From Pseudovirgaria hyperparasitica (lineage: Eukaryota), in assembly GCA_010093815.1 (NCBI GenBank), contig ML996573.1: DNA of 64,000 bases. One strand, 5' to 3'. The notes under the pieces are model-generated. The model was given only the letters and a program-made list of their open reading frames with translations, was not told the origin of the DNA and ran no database searches. The position numbers and the translations under genes were made by a program. This document shows, in pieces, positions 25,383 to 37,457 of the stretch; the first letter of the stretch is position 1; each line of letters begins with the position of its first letter.

Positions 25383-26606
25383 TCAAGTTTCGTCGGATTG
25401 CATGTATTCCACCGCAATCTTAGCCACCAGCGTCAGAAATGCTCTTGCGTTCGGCCCGCTGTATTTCACTTCGTCAACCTCACCTCTCGGCCAAAACATT
25501 GGGCCCGCGAGCTCCAGGCCCGACTGAAGCAATGCCGGATCTGAACATCTATAGGAGTATTTGTGAAAGGCTTTATGACAATGATGCCCTGAAATGCGTT
25601 CTTTTGGAAAAGTGAATATGATGCGTCGTTGGGTTCTTCTCAATCGTTCGCCGACCCGATATGGAAGTATCCCAAGCCCGCTGAGCCAGAATCCTTTCAG
25701 ATTGTTGAGCTCGCCTGCAGTTTGTTCTAGTAACGTACTCCATGACGTTTCAACGTTGAGTTCAACGCCCAATAGTTCAAGTCGCGTCAGCGTCTCGATC
25801 GAGGGTGCGATCAGAGGACGAAAACACGCCAATGAGATTCTACCATCCATGATACTCAACTCTGACAGTCGTGGGAGGGGCTCCTTCTCTATGAGATAAT
25901 CGCTTATCAATGCTCGAGGCTGCTGGTTGCCACCGCAGCGAATCCCCAACTGTTTGAGCGTTGGTGCCCGATGGAGGACACGCGTGGGCCAGTATGGATC
26001 GAGTCCGTCCGCAAGGAGTAGCCTTGCAGAATGCAACATTTCCAGTTCACTGCCAATATGATGTTCTTGCGCGAGACCGATAGTAGCAACAACGGTTTGA
26101 TGGAACGCGTGTTCGAAAGTCAAAGAGACAACAGTTATATCCAGATTCTCTAGAACCTCGCGTGTCATGGCGGCGCAGTAATATGGTCCCGGAACAGTGT
26201 GAATAAGGCGACAGTCTTTGATATGAATCTCGCTTGGGCGCAGACGGCCATCTTGAAGCATGCACTTCAAAGCTGGCACGCCGATCGTGTTGCATAGAAC
26301 CATGCCCGCTTCATCGCGTGGCCAGACATCCGTTTCTTCGCTTCGATTGGCGTCATCTTCGAGGATCAACGTTTTGACATACTTGGCTAGATTCCGGTGC
26401 CGGGAGGTTAGTTCTAGGGTCTCAAAATCGGAGCCCATGAGTGTGGTTCGCCATTGTGTTAAGCAACGGCGGGCGAAGACATCGAAAGTCTGTACATCTG
26501 CCTGTCTGCATGTGAAGCGGAAGGAGGAGAGATCAGTCGTGTCCAGGAGCTCAGCAATATATGCGCTCAGTTCGATGGGGAGTCGACCGAAGCCAGACCG
26601 CGACAT
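25383..26606 (-). CDS. F-box protein with LRR-like C-terminal region
   Basis: N-terminal LPIELSAYIAELLDTTDLSSFRFTCR; LxxLxL repeats (LKQLGI, LSELSI, LTRLEL, LKGFWL). Confidence 0.75.
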   Translation of the reverse strand: MSRSGFGRLPIELSAYIAELLDTTDLSSFRFTCRQADVQTFDVFARRCLTQWRTTLMGSDFETLELTSRHRNLAKYVKTLILEDDANRSEETDVWPRDEAGMVLCNTIGVPALKCMLQDGRLRPSEIHIKDCRLIHTVPGPYYCAAMTREVLENLDITVVSLTFEHAFHQTVVATIGLAQEHHIGSELEMLHSARLLLADGLDPYWPTRVLHRAPTLKQLGIRCGGNQQPRALISDYLIEKEPLPRLSELSIMDGRISLACFRPLIAPSIETLTRLELLGVELNVETSWSTLLEQTAGELNNLKGFWLSGLGILPYRVGERLRRTQRRIIFTFPKERISGHHCHKAFHKYSYRCSDPALLQSGLELAGPMFWPRGEVDEVKYSGPNARAFLTLVAKIAVEYMQSDET

Positions 26607-28675
26607 GTCTAGATGTCGTTGTAATTGGTTAGAATGTTGATTGTCAGATCCCAGATCTCAGCTCCGAGCTGCCCTGGCACAGCTGTGCCGCAATTCAGCT
26701 TACCCAGCCTCGGATCTCTTGGCTCGGATCATCGCAACGTGGCGGCGTGTAGTCTTCTAGAACCGTTCCGGCCCAACCGACGACCAGCGACTCGGGACTA
26801 TGTACCATGGGACTAAAAGCCCATTGCTGGCGACATTCTCCTCAGGCATGCGAGACCCAGGGACTGATTTCATGGTGTATACAGACTGTGCAGTGTACGC
26901 AAATCACACGAAGCCATCGATATGATTGACAGGCTGACGAGATGACGAAAAATCGGCCGAGGAATACGAAGATGAAATTGCAAGTAATCAATACCTAGGC
27001 AAGACGAGCCGAATCGCGAGTGCACATCATTACAGCCAGTGACATACATCCTTAGGCCCTCGGCATTATAGTGCTCGGGGCTAGCCGTCTTGCAGGAGAA
27101 TTCACATGTCTACCACGAGTTATGCACAACTCGTTACCATCTTACCCTATTTCTTAGAATGTAACATCTGCACGAGCCACTACAACAACACAAGGGACGA
27201 TACCTATGGAGATCAACCGTGGCGCTCCGACCTGTCGAGAGGGACGGCAGTGCCAACTACACTCTCCCTCTGCTATTCTCTCTGATGATTGCTACTATTA
27301 GCTGGTTTCGTTGAAGCAGCTAGTGATAAAAGAAAAAAGAAAGAAAGACAAAAAGAAAAGACAACGGAGAAGACGCTACGGTATCACGTATGTTGTGCCT
27401 GACAGGAGCTTAGAAGGTTTAAGCTTCAGCATCCAACGTTATATAGCGCCACAACGGGTTTAGGCGGAGCAGCCACAGTCGAGACCGCGTGTTTCATCTC
27501 CATCGTCGCCCGAACCTTCTTTCCTGCATATTCTCATGCATGCTTTATAGGCTTCCCATCGGTTTCTCCGGAGGAAGAATCCGATGGAGAGTTTACGCGT
27601 ACCGTTACTTTCCTCTCATTTACAGTCCAAACTATACCTACGCCAGGCCACCAGGGTCTGTGTCGAAGACTGCAGTACTTGGTACGGCCCCCTATTAATG
27701 GCTACCCATAGTCGTTAGCTTTGCCTGTTTGTTGATAGGCAAAGAAGATGGCGCAAATGGACAGGCGGAGTAGCCTAAACATCGCGCTTCTGCAGGAACA
27801 CACAAGATCAGCGCCACACCCCGCATAAACGGATCTTCAGTCCAGCCGGTGATGTCCGCTGATCAGGGGTTTAAGACGGGCCTATCGTGAGGCTCCGAGG
27901 GAGTTATGTACCAAATTGTCCTTGTCGATCTTTTTCCGCCATACCAATCGGCTAGCAGAGTCGCGACCGAGTAAGCTCTGTAGAATCACTGTGAATGGTT
28001 TTACAATTGAAAGGACAGCTGATTTGTAGACTTGGAAAGCGAGGTGAAGATGCCAATTTGAAGAGAAGAACAATAGCCAAAGCAGTTGGTGAAAGGCGAA
28101 GCTCTCCACGTCGAATGGTTTAGCTACAACGCCTACATGACAGCCGCGTCCGCTCGCTAGCATCGCCAATGTAAAGTTAGACAGCTGCTTTATCCGGTTG
28201 GATCCACCGTTCCGCTTTAGTCGACCTGTACCTGTGCCTATGGCGTTTCTCCTTGGCTGCCGTACCCTCTGAAGCAACATGACTGGTTACAGCGATGCAT
28301 ACCTCTACCACTGGCTCTGCAGATTGCACGAACCCGACGTTTGCATCCATGGATGAATGCATTGACCGTCGACGGCTATACTATTGATTGCCCACGCTAG
28401 AACCCGGACATCTGGCGGGCTTGAGAATGTCAAAATATATCTACCTCAGCGACCCCCCTCGACGATGATCCTTCTACTTACCACACCATCTCGTTATTCC
28501 ATTTCCTTCTCTGCGTCCACGCATCCCCTCTGTGGTCGCTGAGTGCTGTCTTGCAGACTTTCGTTTGCGTCCTTTCGTTTGACGATCGAGTCAATCACTA
28601 TCATTAACGAGCTTCCTGCCGTCTGGCAATCTCTCATTCTTTCTAATTTCCTACTTATCAATACTTAATTCAATC

Positions 28676-30382
28676 ATGCGCTCCTCCACTGTATTTGCCG
28701 GCTTAGTTGCCGTGCTGCTTTCGAGCGTCGAGGCTACAGGCCGAATTGGGCATCCGCACCATGCGCGTGGTGACTATGGCGATAACGGGGATGTCAGCTA
28801 CAGTGACACTGCCGATTATGGGCGTCCCGATCTGAGCCATGTGTCTCCTACGCCAAGTCCTTCAAAGGACGACTATGGGTATGAGAAATCGCCATCCGAG
28901 AAGGACGAATATGGCGAGGCTCCTAGCGACGAATATGGCCATTCAACACACCCACAAGACGGCTATGCTGATTCACCGTCCGAGGAATACGGACATGGCG
29001 AACCTGCTCATGACGACTATGGCCATTCGACTCCCCCACAAGACGGCTATGATGAGTCACCGTCTGAGGAGTACGGACACGGCGAGCCTTCTCATGATGA
29101 CTATGGCCATTCGACTCCCACTCCCGCTCCGTCGAATGATGACTACGGATATCCTGGTTCTCCACCAACCCAAGACGGATATGACTCGCCGTCCGAGGAA
29201 GAGGAATACGGCCATTCAGCTCCCACTCCCGCTCCATCGAACGATGATTATGGTTATGCTTCACCCTCTCCCTCAAGCGATGAAGACGATTACGGCCATT
29301 CGGCCCCTACTCCCACCCCGTCGAATGATGACTATGGATATCCTTCGCCTTCTCCTTCAAGTGATGAAGACGAGTACGGCGATTATCCCGGAACCCCAAC
29401 GCCATCTCCTTGCAGTGATGAAGACGAGTACGGTGATTATCCTGGCACTCCGACGCCATCCCCAACTGGTGAAGATGACAGCTATGATGATACCACGACC
29501 GAGGACGCTGGCTACGTTTCTACAACCGAAGACTGCTCTGTCAGCAAAACTGAGACTCCAACCGCAGGCGAGACACCATTCTCCAGCGAGAGGCCAAGCA
29601 GTGAAGCTCCTACCCCTGGTACCTCTGCCGAAGCCGCCTCTCCATCAGACAGTCATGATCACCCCTCCATCACGCCTATCCCATCATCTATCGAATATTC
29701 CCCTCCATCTGTTGTTACATCATGGACGTCGACAATTACCTATGTTACCGTCTGCCCAACTGGGTTTTCTACTGTTACCCTGACCACGACTTACACATCG
29801 ACCGTTTGCCCCAACTGTGCCCAGCCAACTCCTGCTCCAGGACCTTCAACTAACACCCCTGGAGACAACAAACCAGGAAGCAACACCCCAGGAAGCAACA
29901 CCCCAGGAAGCAACACCCCAGGAAGCAACACCCCAGGAAGCAACACTCCGGGAAATAACAACCCCGGGAACGGCTCTATCCCACCGGGCTTTACCACAAC
30001 TGTCACCGTCTGCACTACCGGTTGTGCCACAACTGCTACGACCGTAACCCTTACCGTGCCACAGACTATTACCATCACTGGCCCTGGTTCAGCCCCTACA
30101 GGACCCTCGGGAGCTCCAGGCTTACCTGCTGTTCCCACAAAAATCACCTCCATCCACACTGTCGTCGTCACACCCATCCCTTGTCCATACCCAGCAGGCC
30201 CAGATGGCAAGTGTCCGACCAGCGGCGTTGCCGCGCCCACGGGAGGCAGTGGAAGCCCGACGTGGAAGCCAAGCGGAACGCCGACTCCGAGTGTAAGCCC
30301 ACCAATGTTTACGGGTGCAGCAGGGAGGAACCAGGTTGGTGGGCTGGTGACGATCGTGCTTGGTGCTGTTTTGTTATTATAA
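28676..30382 (+). CDS. Secreted, probably GPI-anchored cell-surface protein with acidic Tyr (DYG/EYG) repeats, PGSNT repeats and Thr/Cys-rich stalk motifs
   Basis: Signal peptide MRSSTVFAGLVAVLLSSVEA; ~20 acidic-Tyr units; TVTVCTTGC-type motifs; C-terminal FTGAAGRNQVGGLVTIVLGAVLLL hydrophobic tail. Confidence 0.9.
   Translation: MRSSTVFAGLVAVLLSSVEATGRIGHPHHARGDYGDNGDVSYSDTADYGRPDLSHVSPTPSPSKDDYGYEKSPSEKDEYGEAPSDEYGHSTHPQDGYADSPSEEYGHGEPAHDDYGHSTPPQDGYDESPSEEYGHGEPSHDDYGHSTPTPAPSNDDYGYPGSPPTQDGYDSPSEEEEYGHSAPTPAPSNDDYGYASPSPSSDEDDYGHSAPTPTPSNDDYGYPSPSPSSDEDEYGDYPGTPTPSPCSDEDEYGDYPGTPTPSPTGEDDSYDDTTTEDAGYVSTTEDCSVSKTETPTAGETPFSSERPSSEAPTPGTSAEAASPSDSHDHPSITPIPSSIEYSPPSVVTSWTSTITYVTVCPTGFSTVTLTTTYTSTVCPNCAQPTPAPGPSTNTPGDNKPGSNTPGSNTPGSNTPGSNTPGSNTPGNNNPGNGSIPPGFTTTVTVCTTGCATTATTVTLTVPQTITITGPGSAPTGPSGAPGLPAVPTKITSIHTVVVTPIPCPYPAGPDGKCPTSGVAAPTGGSGSPTWKPSGTPTPSVSPPMFTGAAGRNQVGGLVTIVLGAVLLL
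29873..29947 (+). repeat. 15-bp coding tandem repeat (CCAGGAAGCAACACC)x5 encoding PGSNT
   Basis: Four perfect copies and one near-perfect copy, with degenerate flanking units. Confidence 0.95.
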
Positions 30383-30916
30383 ATAAGTCTTGTCGATGAA
30401 TGAGATCTTGGGAGGATTCGTGAATTATAATGTAATTGATAAACACTGATAAATACTATCTTTCTCTCTCAATCATATAAGCTGAGATGTGTAATGTCGT
30501 TGTCTAGATGTCTCCACGCTGAGTCTCCATACTAATTGGAAGACTTACATTATGGAGAAATTTGGCTCCAGGCCATTTTCATAAATGTACGCCATTCTCA
30601 CAATTTTCGATAAGAGAAGAAGAAAAACAATAATCAATAATTTACACATGCCATCCCAACTCTGCATGCTGTTTCGAGGCTCAGTTGACCTGGTCCACGG
30701 TGTGGCTGGGAATCAAGCTAAAGGTTGACACCTGAGGCAGACTGTTTTACGCGAACCACGAGCGCGCCGCGTCTTCTCCCGGACGTACATTTTGAGGGGA
30801 ACTGCTTCAGCTTTCATCCGCATCCTATCCCATCCATCTATTTCTTCTCTTCTCCCTTACAAACGCCATTTTGGAAGCCTCTCACATCCTCAAAATTATC
30901 ACAAGAGGCTGCCAAT

Positions 30917-33900
30917 ATGGCGGAAGAGATCACCATCGACAAGACCATATTCCATGACCGTCTCTCGTCTTTCCTTACGGAATGGAAGGGAGACAAGCGT
31001 GACGCGTCTTTCAACGGTGTCAACTCCATCATTTTGCTGCTTGGGAAGGCAAGCGGCGATCCGAATAACTACAACAAAGCGGCCGCTTTTCAGGTGAGAT
31101 GGTGTCGTTCGCGCTCAACTCAAAAGTCAACTGACGCGAGGTGTAGCTATGGCTGCTAGGTTATGAGTTCCCTGCGACCCTGATGGTCCTGACCCCCGAT
31201 GTGGTACATATTGTTACTACTAAGAAGAAGGGTAAGTATAACACATTGAAAATTCGATGATGCCGAACGTGGAGCTAATATAGAGTCTTCAATAGCATCG
31301 TACCTAGAGCCTTTGAAAGGTGGCGCAGTACATCTTGAGATACATATTCGCGGCAAGGACGCAGATGAGAATGCGAAGCAATTTCAGCAAATCACGGATA
31401 TTATCAAAGGAGCAGGAGTAAGGCTGGTCGCACGTCCTTACGAGCATAGATCTGACGTGTAGCACAGAAGAAAGTCGGTATCTTGACGAAAGACAACCAA
31501 GTTGGTCCGTTCGCAGACGAGTGGAAGAAATCATACGAGGCCGTCTCGAAAGGATTGGAGGAGGTGGACATCGCAACGACCATCTCTATAGCAGCCCTGT
31601 CTGTGAAAGATGGAGAAGAACTGGTATGCTACCTCCTGCAACTACAGATCTCAGAAGCTGACTCACCGGCAGCGTACGATGCGTGATGCTGCGCGAGCAT
31701 CATCTGGACTGATGCAAAATTTCTTCGTGGATGAGATGTCGACTATTCTGGATGATGGAAAGAGAGTAACTCACAAGGCTCTTGCGGACAAAGTCGCAGG
31801 AAAAATTGACGACACTGCATTTTTCAATAAGCTTAAGAAGGAAACAAAGATGTCTGCGAACTTCGATTCCGCGAATCTCGATTGGGGTCTTCCTCCAACG
31901 ATTCAAAGTGGCGACAAATTCGACGTGAAGTTTGCCTCTGAGCCTGATTCCAATCCGATCAAAGCTGGCGTCGTTATACTCGCTCTAGGACTTCGCTATT
32001 CGAGTTACGGCTCCCAGGTCGCAAGAACGTATATGGTGGACCCTTCCAAATCACAGGAGACGAATTATAGGCTTCTCTACTCCATCCATCAGGAAGTCAT
32101 AAAGGCGCTACGGGACAATGTCCCCACCAAAGAGGTTTACAACAAGGCAATCGGCCTCTTGCGCGCAAAGAAACCAGATCTAGAAAAACACTTTCCCAAA
32201 AATGTGGGTTATGGTATTGGGATCGAGGGCAAGGACAACACGCTTCTCTTGAGTGGGAAAAATGGCCGTACGTTGAAGGACGGTATGACTCTGCTTGTTA
32301 CCACGAGCTTCGACAACATACCAAATCCGGATGGCAAGGGCAAGAGTTCTTACTCACTCGTCCTTACTGATACTGTCCGCGTCACTAAGGATGCAACTGC
32401 TGTGTTCACCAAAGACGCAGTAGCGGAGGTAGAGGAGATCTCGTACTTTTTCAACGAAAGTGAAGAGGAGGAAAAACCCAAGAAAGCCAAAAAAGACAAC
32501 AAAGTCGGCGCTGTCGCTCGACAGAACATACAAAAGACTAGGCTGCGTGCGGAGCGCACCACTAATCAGGACGCCGAGAAGGAAGCCGCTCGACGAGAAC
32601 ATCAGAAAGAGTTGCACCAAAAGAAGCAGAAAGAAGGTCTCGAGGTCTATGGTAAAGGGACTGGCGCCTTGAACGGCACGGAAGAAAAGAAGTTCAAGCG
32701 TTTCGAATCGTACAAGCAGCACAACCAATTTCCATCGAGAGTCAAAGACCTAGTGATCGTCGTCGACACGAAGAATTCTACGGTAATCCTTCCGATCATG
32801 GGCCGGCCGGTGCCCTTCCATATCAACACTATCAAGAACGCAACGCATTCGCCTGAAGGTGATTTTACGTCCCTTCGTATCAACTTCTTGTCTCCCGGGC
32901 AAGGTGTCGGCAGGAAAGACGATCAGCCTTTCGAAGACCCGACAGCTCATTTCGTGCGAAGCTTGACCTTCAGATCACGCGATATTGAACGTATCGATGA
33001 TATCACGAGGCAGATCACGGAACTGAAAAGAGATATTGTTCGTAGAGAGAACGAAAAGAAGCAGATGGAGGATGTCGTGGAGCAAGACAAGTTGATTGTG
33101 CTCAAAAGTGAGTTTGAACGAGCCATGATCGAGAAAACATATTGACCAAAACAGACCGAAAACCATACAACCTGGATCTGGTCTATCTGCGGCCGCAACT
33201 CGAAGGAAAACGTATGCCTGGTCTACTAGAAATCCAGCAAAACGGTCTTCGATATCACCATGGCATGGGCGGTGGTCCAAAAGTCGACATCCTATTTGGC
33301 AACATCAAGCATCTTTTCTTCCAACCCTGCCAACACGAACTCATAGTCATCATTCACGTCCACCTGAAGAATCCTATCATGGTCGGCAAGAAGAAGACGA
33401 AGGACGTCCAATTCTATCGCGAGGCAACCGATATGGCTTTCGACGAGACGGGTAATCGTCGTCGTAAACACCGCTATGGCGATGACGAGGAATTTGAGGC
33501 TGAACAAGAAGAGCGTCGGCGACGCGCGGAGCTCGACAAGCAATTTAAGAGCTTCGCGGAGAAGATCGCCGATGCTGGACGGAGTGAGAATGTCAGCGTA
33601 GACGTGCCCTTCCGTGAGCTTGGTTACAATGGTGTACCAGCCCGCTCGTCCGTCTTGATTCAGCCCACCACAGACTGCTTAGTGCAGCTCACCGAACCCC
33701 CATTCTTAGTTCTCACACTGTCCGAGATTGAAGTCGTCCATCTTGAGCGCGTTCAGTTCGGCCTCAAGAACTTCGACATGGTACTAATCTTCCGCGACTT
33801 CAATCGCCCGCCCGCGCACATCAACACGATCCCCGTTGAATCTCTCGACGCTGTCAAGGACTGGCTTGATAGCTGCGAAATCCCCTTCTCCGAGGGCCCG

Positions 33901-34269
33901 CTCAACCTCAACTGGGCGCCCATCATGAAGACCGTCACATCGGACCCACACGCTTTCTTTGAAGACGGCGGCTGGTCGTTTCTGCAGGCTGAGAGCGATG
34001 ATGAGGGCGACGAGTCAGAAGAGCAAGAGAGTGACTTTGAGATGGACGAGAGTGATCTAGCTAGTGTCAGCGAAAGCGACGATGAGAGCGACTTTGACGA
34101 GAATGCCTCTGCTGAGGCCAGTGATGCGAGTGACATGAGCGATGAGGAAGAAGGTGAGGATTGGGACGATATGGAGAGGAAGGCGGCCAAGGCGGATAAG
34201 GAGCGCGTGCCCGAGGACGATGATGATCGGAAAAAGAGTGCCAAGGGAGGGCAGAAGAGGAAGCGATGA
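30917..34269 (+). CDS. SPT16: FACT complex subunit Spt16 (multi-exon)
   Basis: MAEEITIDK start; [47 protein letters not shown] and GGWSFL motifs; acidic C-terminal tail. Confidence 0.97.
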
Positions 34270-34452
34270 GAGGACACGGCTGTACTACTCGTTGGGTCAC
34301 ACGGGGCTTGTTTGTATATGAGGTGTATGGTCTTGCGCACTACGCGCTGGTCTTGGTGCAAAAGGGGTAGTAGATTCATCACGGCAATCTGCACTACCCT
34401 GCGTTTTTCTCCCCACGGGGAAGCACTTGTATTCATTCAATATATTCCCTCG

Positions 34453-36212
34453 TCACCGACTCAATCGCCCATTCTTCGCTTGCCGTGCACCACCTTTCCG
34501 CCTCCCATTCATCTCCTCAGTTCCTTCCGTCTCGACTGCTACTGGCCCATCCACATCCATATCCACATCCATCTCATCCCCCTTCTTCCCCTGACCCTTC
34601 TGCCCCGCAGTCCGCGCATCAGCGCGATCCTTACCCGGGCCCCACGTATCCCTCTCCCGTCTCAGCTCAGCCAGCTGCGCAAACGTAACCTTCTGCACGC
34701 GCTGCAGCGCCGCAAGCCGCGCCTCCAAATCCACCACGCGCTCCGCCTCGCTGAGCACCGGCACCGCGGGCGCCGTGTCGTCGTTGTCCAGACCCAGGAA
34801 ATCACTCGATGACGATACATTATTGTTGAGGTGCGAGGGCGCAGATGTGGACCAGGCGTGTATCTCGGCGAGGCTGGATGCGAGGAGGGAGTCTGGGAAT
34901 GTTGTGTGTGAGAGGGCTTCTTCGAAGGCGTTCTTAGGGGGGTCCGTGGCGGGTATTGAGAGGGAGATTTTGGGCGTTAGGAGGGTAGTGGGGAAGGATA
35001 TGGTGAGGGTGTATGAGGCAGGTACGGGCCCGGGTGTGTCGAGGGCGATGTCGAGGCGCGGCTTGACGACGTTTGATATTCTGGTCTTGGGGCCTTCGGC
35101 CTGTGAGGACCCTGCGGGGAAGCCTGTTGGTGCGAGCATGGAGATGTTTGTTACTGCGCCGGGCAGTGTTGCCAGGGTGCTTGCCCAGCGCCCGCGCGCG
35201 ACGTCCCAGGTGGCGATTTTGCCGCTTGCGTGGCCTGAGAGCAGGGTTGTGCCGTCCCAGGACAAAGTCAAGCATTGGGCGGAGCCAAGGGAGAGGGTTT
35301 CGGCGGTGAGGTGCCAGCGGGAGGATTTGGGGGGCTCGAGGACGGAGGATGGGGTGTTGGGAGTGGTGGAGCGGAGGGCATCTGTGGGAGACGGGGGGTC
35401 GAAGAAGTCGATGAGTTGTACGGAGCCGTCGGCGTAGGAGGTGTAGAAGGCGCGGTCAGCAGGGTCGAGGACTGTGGCGAGGGGCGTGTCGCCGAGAAGG
35501 TATGTGCGGAGAAGGGTGCCGGTTTGGTAATCCCATATTATGGCTGTATTGTCAGCCGACGTGGAGACGGCGATATTGGCGGAGGTCGAGGAGTGGCCAA
35601 TAGCAAGAGATGTTATTGCGCCACGATGTGAGGATAGAGAGCGGAGGGGGGATTTGCACTCGGTGCCGGAGGAAAAAGAGAGCAGGTGAGGGAGGGACCA
35701 GACGTTGACGCTTGAGTCTGCAGAGCCTGTGAGGAGAAAGTTCGATGACCGGTCGACGACGACGGCGGTGATCTCCTGGAGGTGGGATACAGGAGCAACA
35801 ACAAGACGCCCTGTACAGATCTATACGACATTAGTGAAGTCTCATTGTGCGCATTTGAGTCCTTTCATACCTCCCAAAGCAGCAATCGTCCAGTCTGCGT
35901 GCCCAATGCTAGAACGGTATCATCGACCGCGAGCGCAATTGCATGTATCCTTTCTTGGAACGGTATGATAGCCTCTTGACTCCCCTTTTCTCGATTATAA
36001 ACATGTACAACAGCCTTTTCAGCCTGAGCGGCAAAGATATGTGTCGCGCTGATCGCGAGGCAGTTCGGTGGTGTTGCACTTTTCTTTAAGATATGGCGCT
36101 GCGCGGGCAACGGCAAGAATTCGTGTATGAATATGCCGGCATCTTTGGGAACAGAAGTGTTTGGAGCTTTAATTGGGGCAGCGATCGATGCTACCAGTAA
36201 CTCACTGAGCAT
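34453..36212 (-). CDS. IPI3: Pre-rRNA processing protein Ipi3 (WD40, Rix1 complex); intron ~35870-35821
   Basis: AAQAEKAVVHVYNREKGSQEA, LGTQTGRLLLWE and LSWDGTTLLSGHASG motifs; C-terminal coiled coil. Confidence 0.88.
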
Positions 36213-36439
36213 ACTGAGAGGTGGACGAATGCGCAGTCCTGGCGCGACGCAGATTGGTATCTGAGCAAGCTTCGGAGACGCGCTGGGATATTTTTCTTTG
36301 GTGTTGAAGCTTCAGCCCTACCGGAGGTGCGGGCCCTTCCCGCAAATCTTGGCGTACGTATGCTCATGAACATGCACAAACAAACATACTCACTCTCGAT
36401 CTCCCTGTAATACTGACGTCCCTCCTTCCCAATTTCAAC

Positions 36440-37264
36440 ATGGCCAAGCCTCCAACAAAGCCCCTCAAGATCCTCATGCTCCATGGCTTCACCCAGTCCG
36501 GCCCACTTTTCCGTGCAAAGACCCGCGCTCTCGAAAAGAACCTCCAGAAAGCCTTCCCCGCTGGTGTCTCCCTCTCCTACCCAACTGGCCCCCATCGTCT
36601 ACCCCTTTCCGAGCTCACATTCGATGCATCTAGCACAAAGGAAAGCTCCGACGATACCGAGGCCCCGGACGCTTGGGGGTGGTGGAGGCGCAAAGGAGAG
36701 GATCCAGCAAATGCGGTGTATGATGGCCTAGAGGCGGGCTTCGAGCGCGTGGCACAGGTACTGAAGGAGGAAGGTCCGTTTGATGGGGTGATTGGGTTTA
36801 GCCAAGGGGGGTGTGCTGCGGCGTTTGTAGCAAGCTTGCTGGACGAGGGGCGGCGAGATGCATTTCAGGCTTGGGAGAAACAGGGCGGGATGCGATATCC
36901 TTCAAGTCTGTTGCGAGAGGAGGAGGTGGTGCATCCGCCGATGAAGTTTGCGGCGATATATTCCGGCTTCAAAGCGACGGAGAATCCATTATATAGTGCA
37001 TTTTACGAGCCGAAAATACGCACGCCGACGTTACATTTCATTGGGACTATGGACACGGTAGTGGAGGAGAAAAGGAGTTTGAAATTGATGGAGCAGTTTG
37101 AGGACAGTAAGGACAGAGTTGTGTATCACCCGGGTGGCCACTTTTTGCCTAGTAGTCAGAAGCAATATGTCGGTGCGTTGATAGGGTTCATTAAGGAAGT
37201 ATTGGGTAGAGGTGGTACGAACAATGCAGAAGAGAATGCCGAAGACATGGACGTTCCGTTTTGA
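36440..37264 (+). CDS. FSH1/OVCA2-family serine hydrolase
   Basis: LMLHGFTQSG, GPFDGVIGFSQG, HFIGTMD and HPGGH motifs. Confidence 0.93.
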   Translation: MAKPPTKPLKILMLHGFTQSGPLFRAKTRALEKNLQKAFPAGVSLSYPTGPHRLPLSELTFDASSTKESSDDTEAPDAWGWWRRKGEDPANAVYDGLEAGFERVAQVLKEEGPFDGVIGFSQGGCAAAFVASLLDEGRRDAFQAWEKQGGMRYPSSLLREEEVVHPPMKFAAIYSGFKATENPLYSAFYEPKIRTPTLHFIGTMDTVVEEKRSLKLMEQFEDSKDRVVYHPGGHFLPSSQKQYVGALIGFIKEVLGRGGTNNAEENAEDMDVPF

Positions 37265-37457
37265 TCGATCGAACGGTTACGATAGATGTGAATTTAGATG
37301 GTCGCTTTAGGCGCCAGCGATTATGACATAGCATTAAACCTTGTTCTAAGGGATACCATATGCTCTCGCAGCCTCTTTTATAGCGGGGCATGCTGTTGAT
37401 TGGGTTATCATTTGCTCTATATATCCATGCTCAGTAGCCAGCATCTCTAGGCGTCCA

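Noticed and set aside
27882..28362. Minus-strand ORFs upstream of the DYG-repeat gene
   Set aside because: No motifs; more likely promoter sequence.
28839..29783. 314-aa alternative-frame ORF over the repeat gene
   Set aside because: Shifted reading of the same repeats (TMAI/QEATP), with no signal peptide.
28676..30382. Fungal RiPP (dikaritin/KEP) precursor interpretation of the repeat protein
   Set aside because: No KR/RR sites between repeats, a GPI-like tail is present, and there is no DUF3328/UstY or tyrosinase gene in the window.
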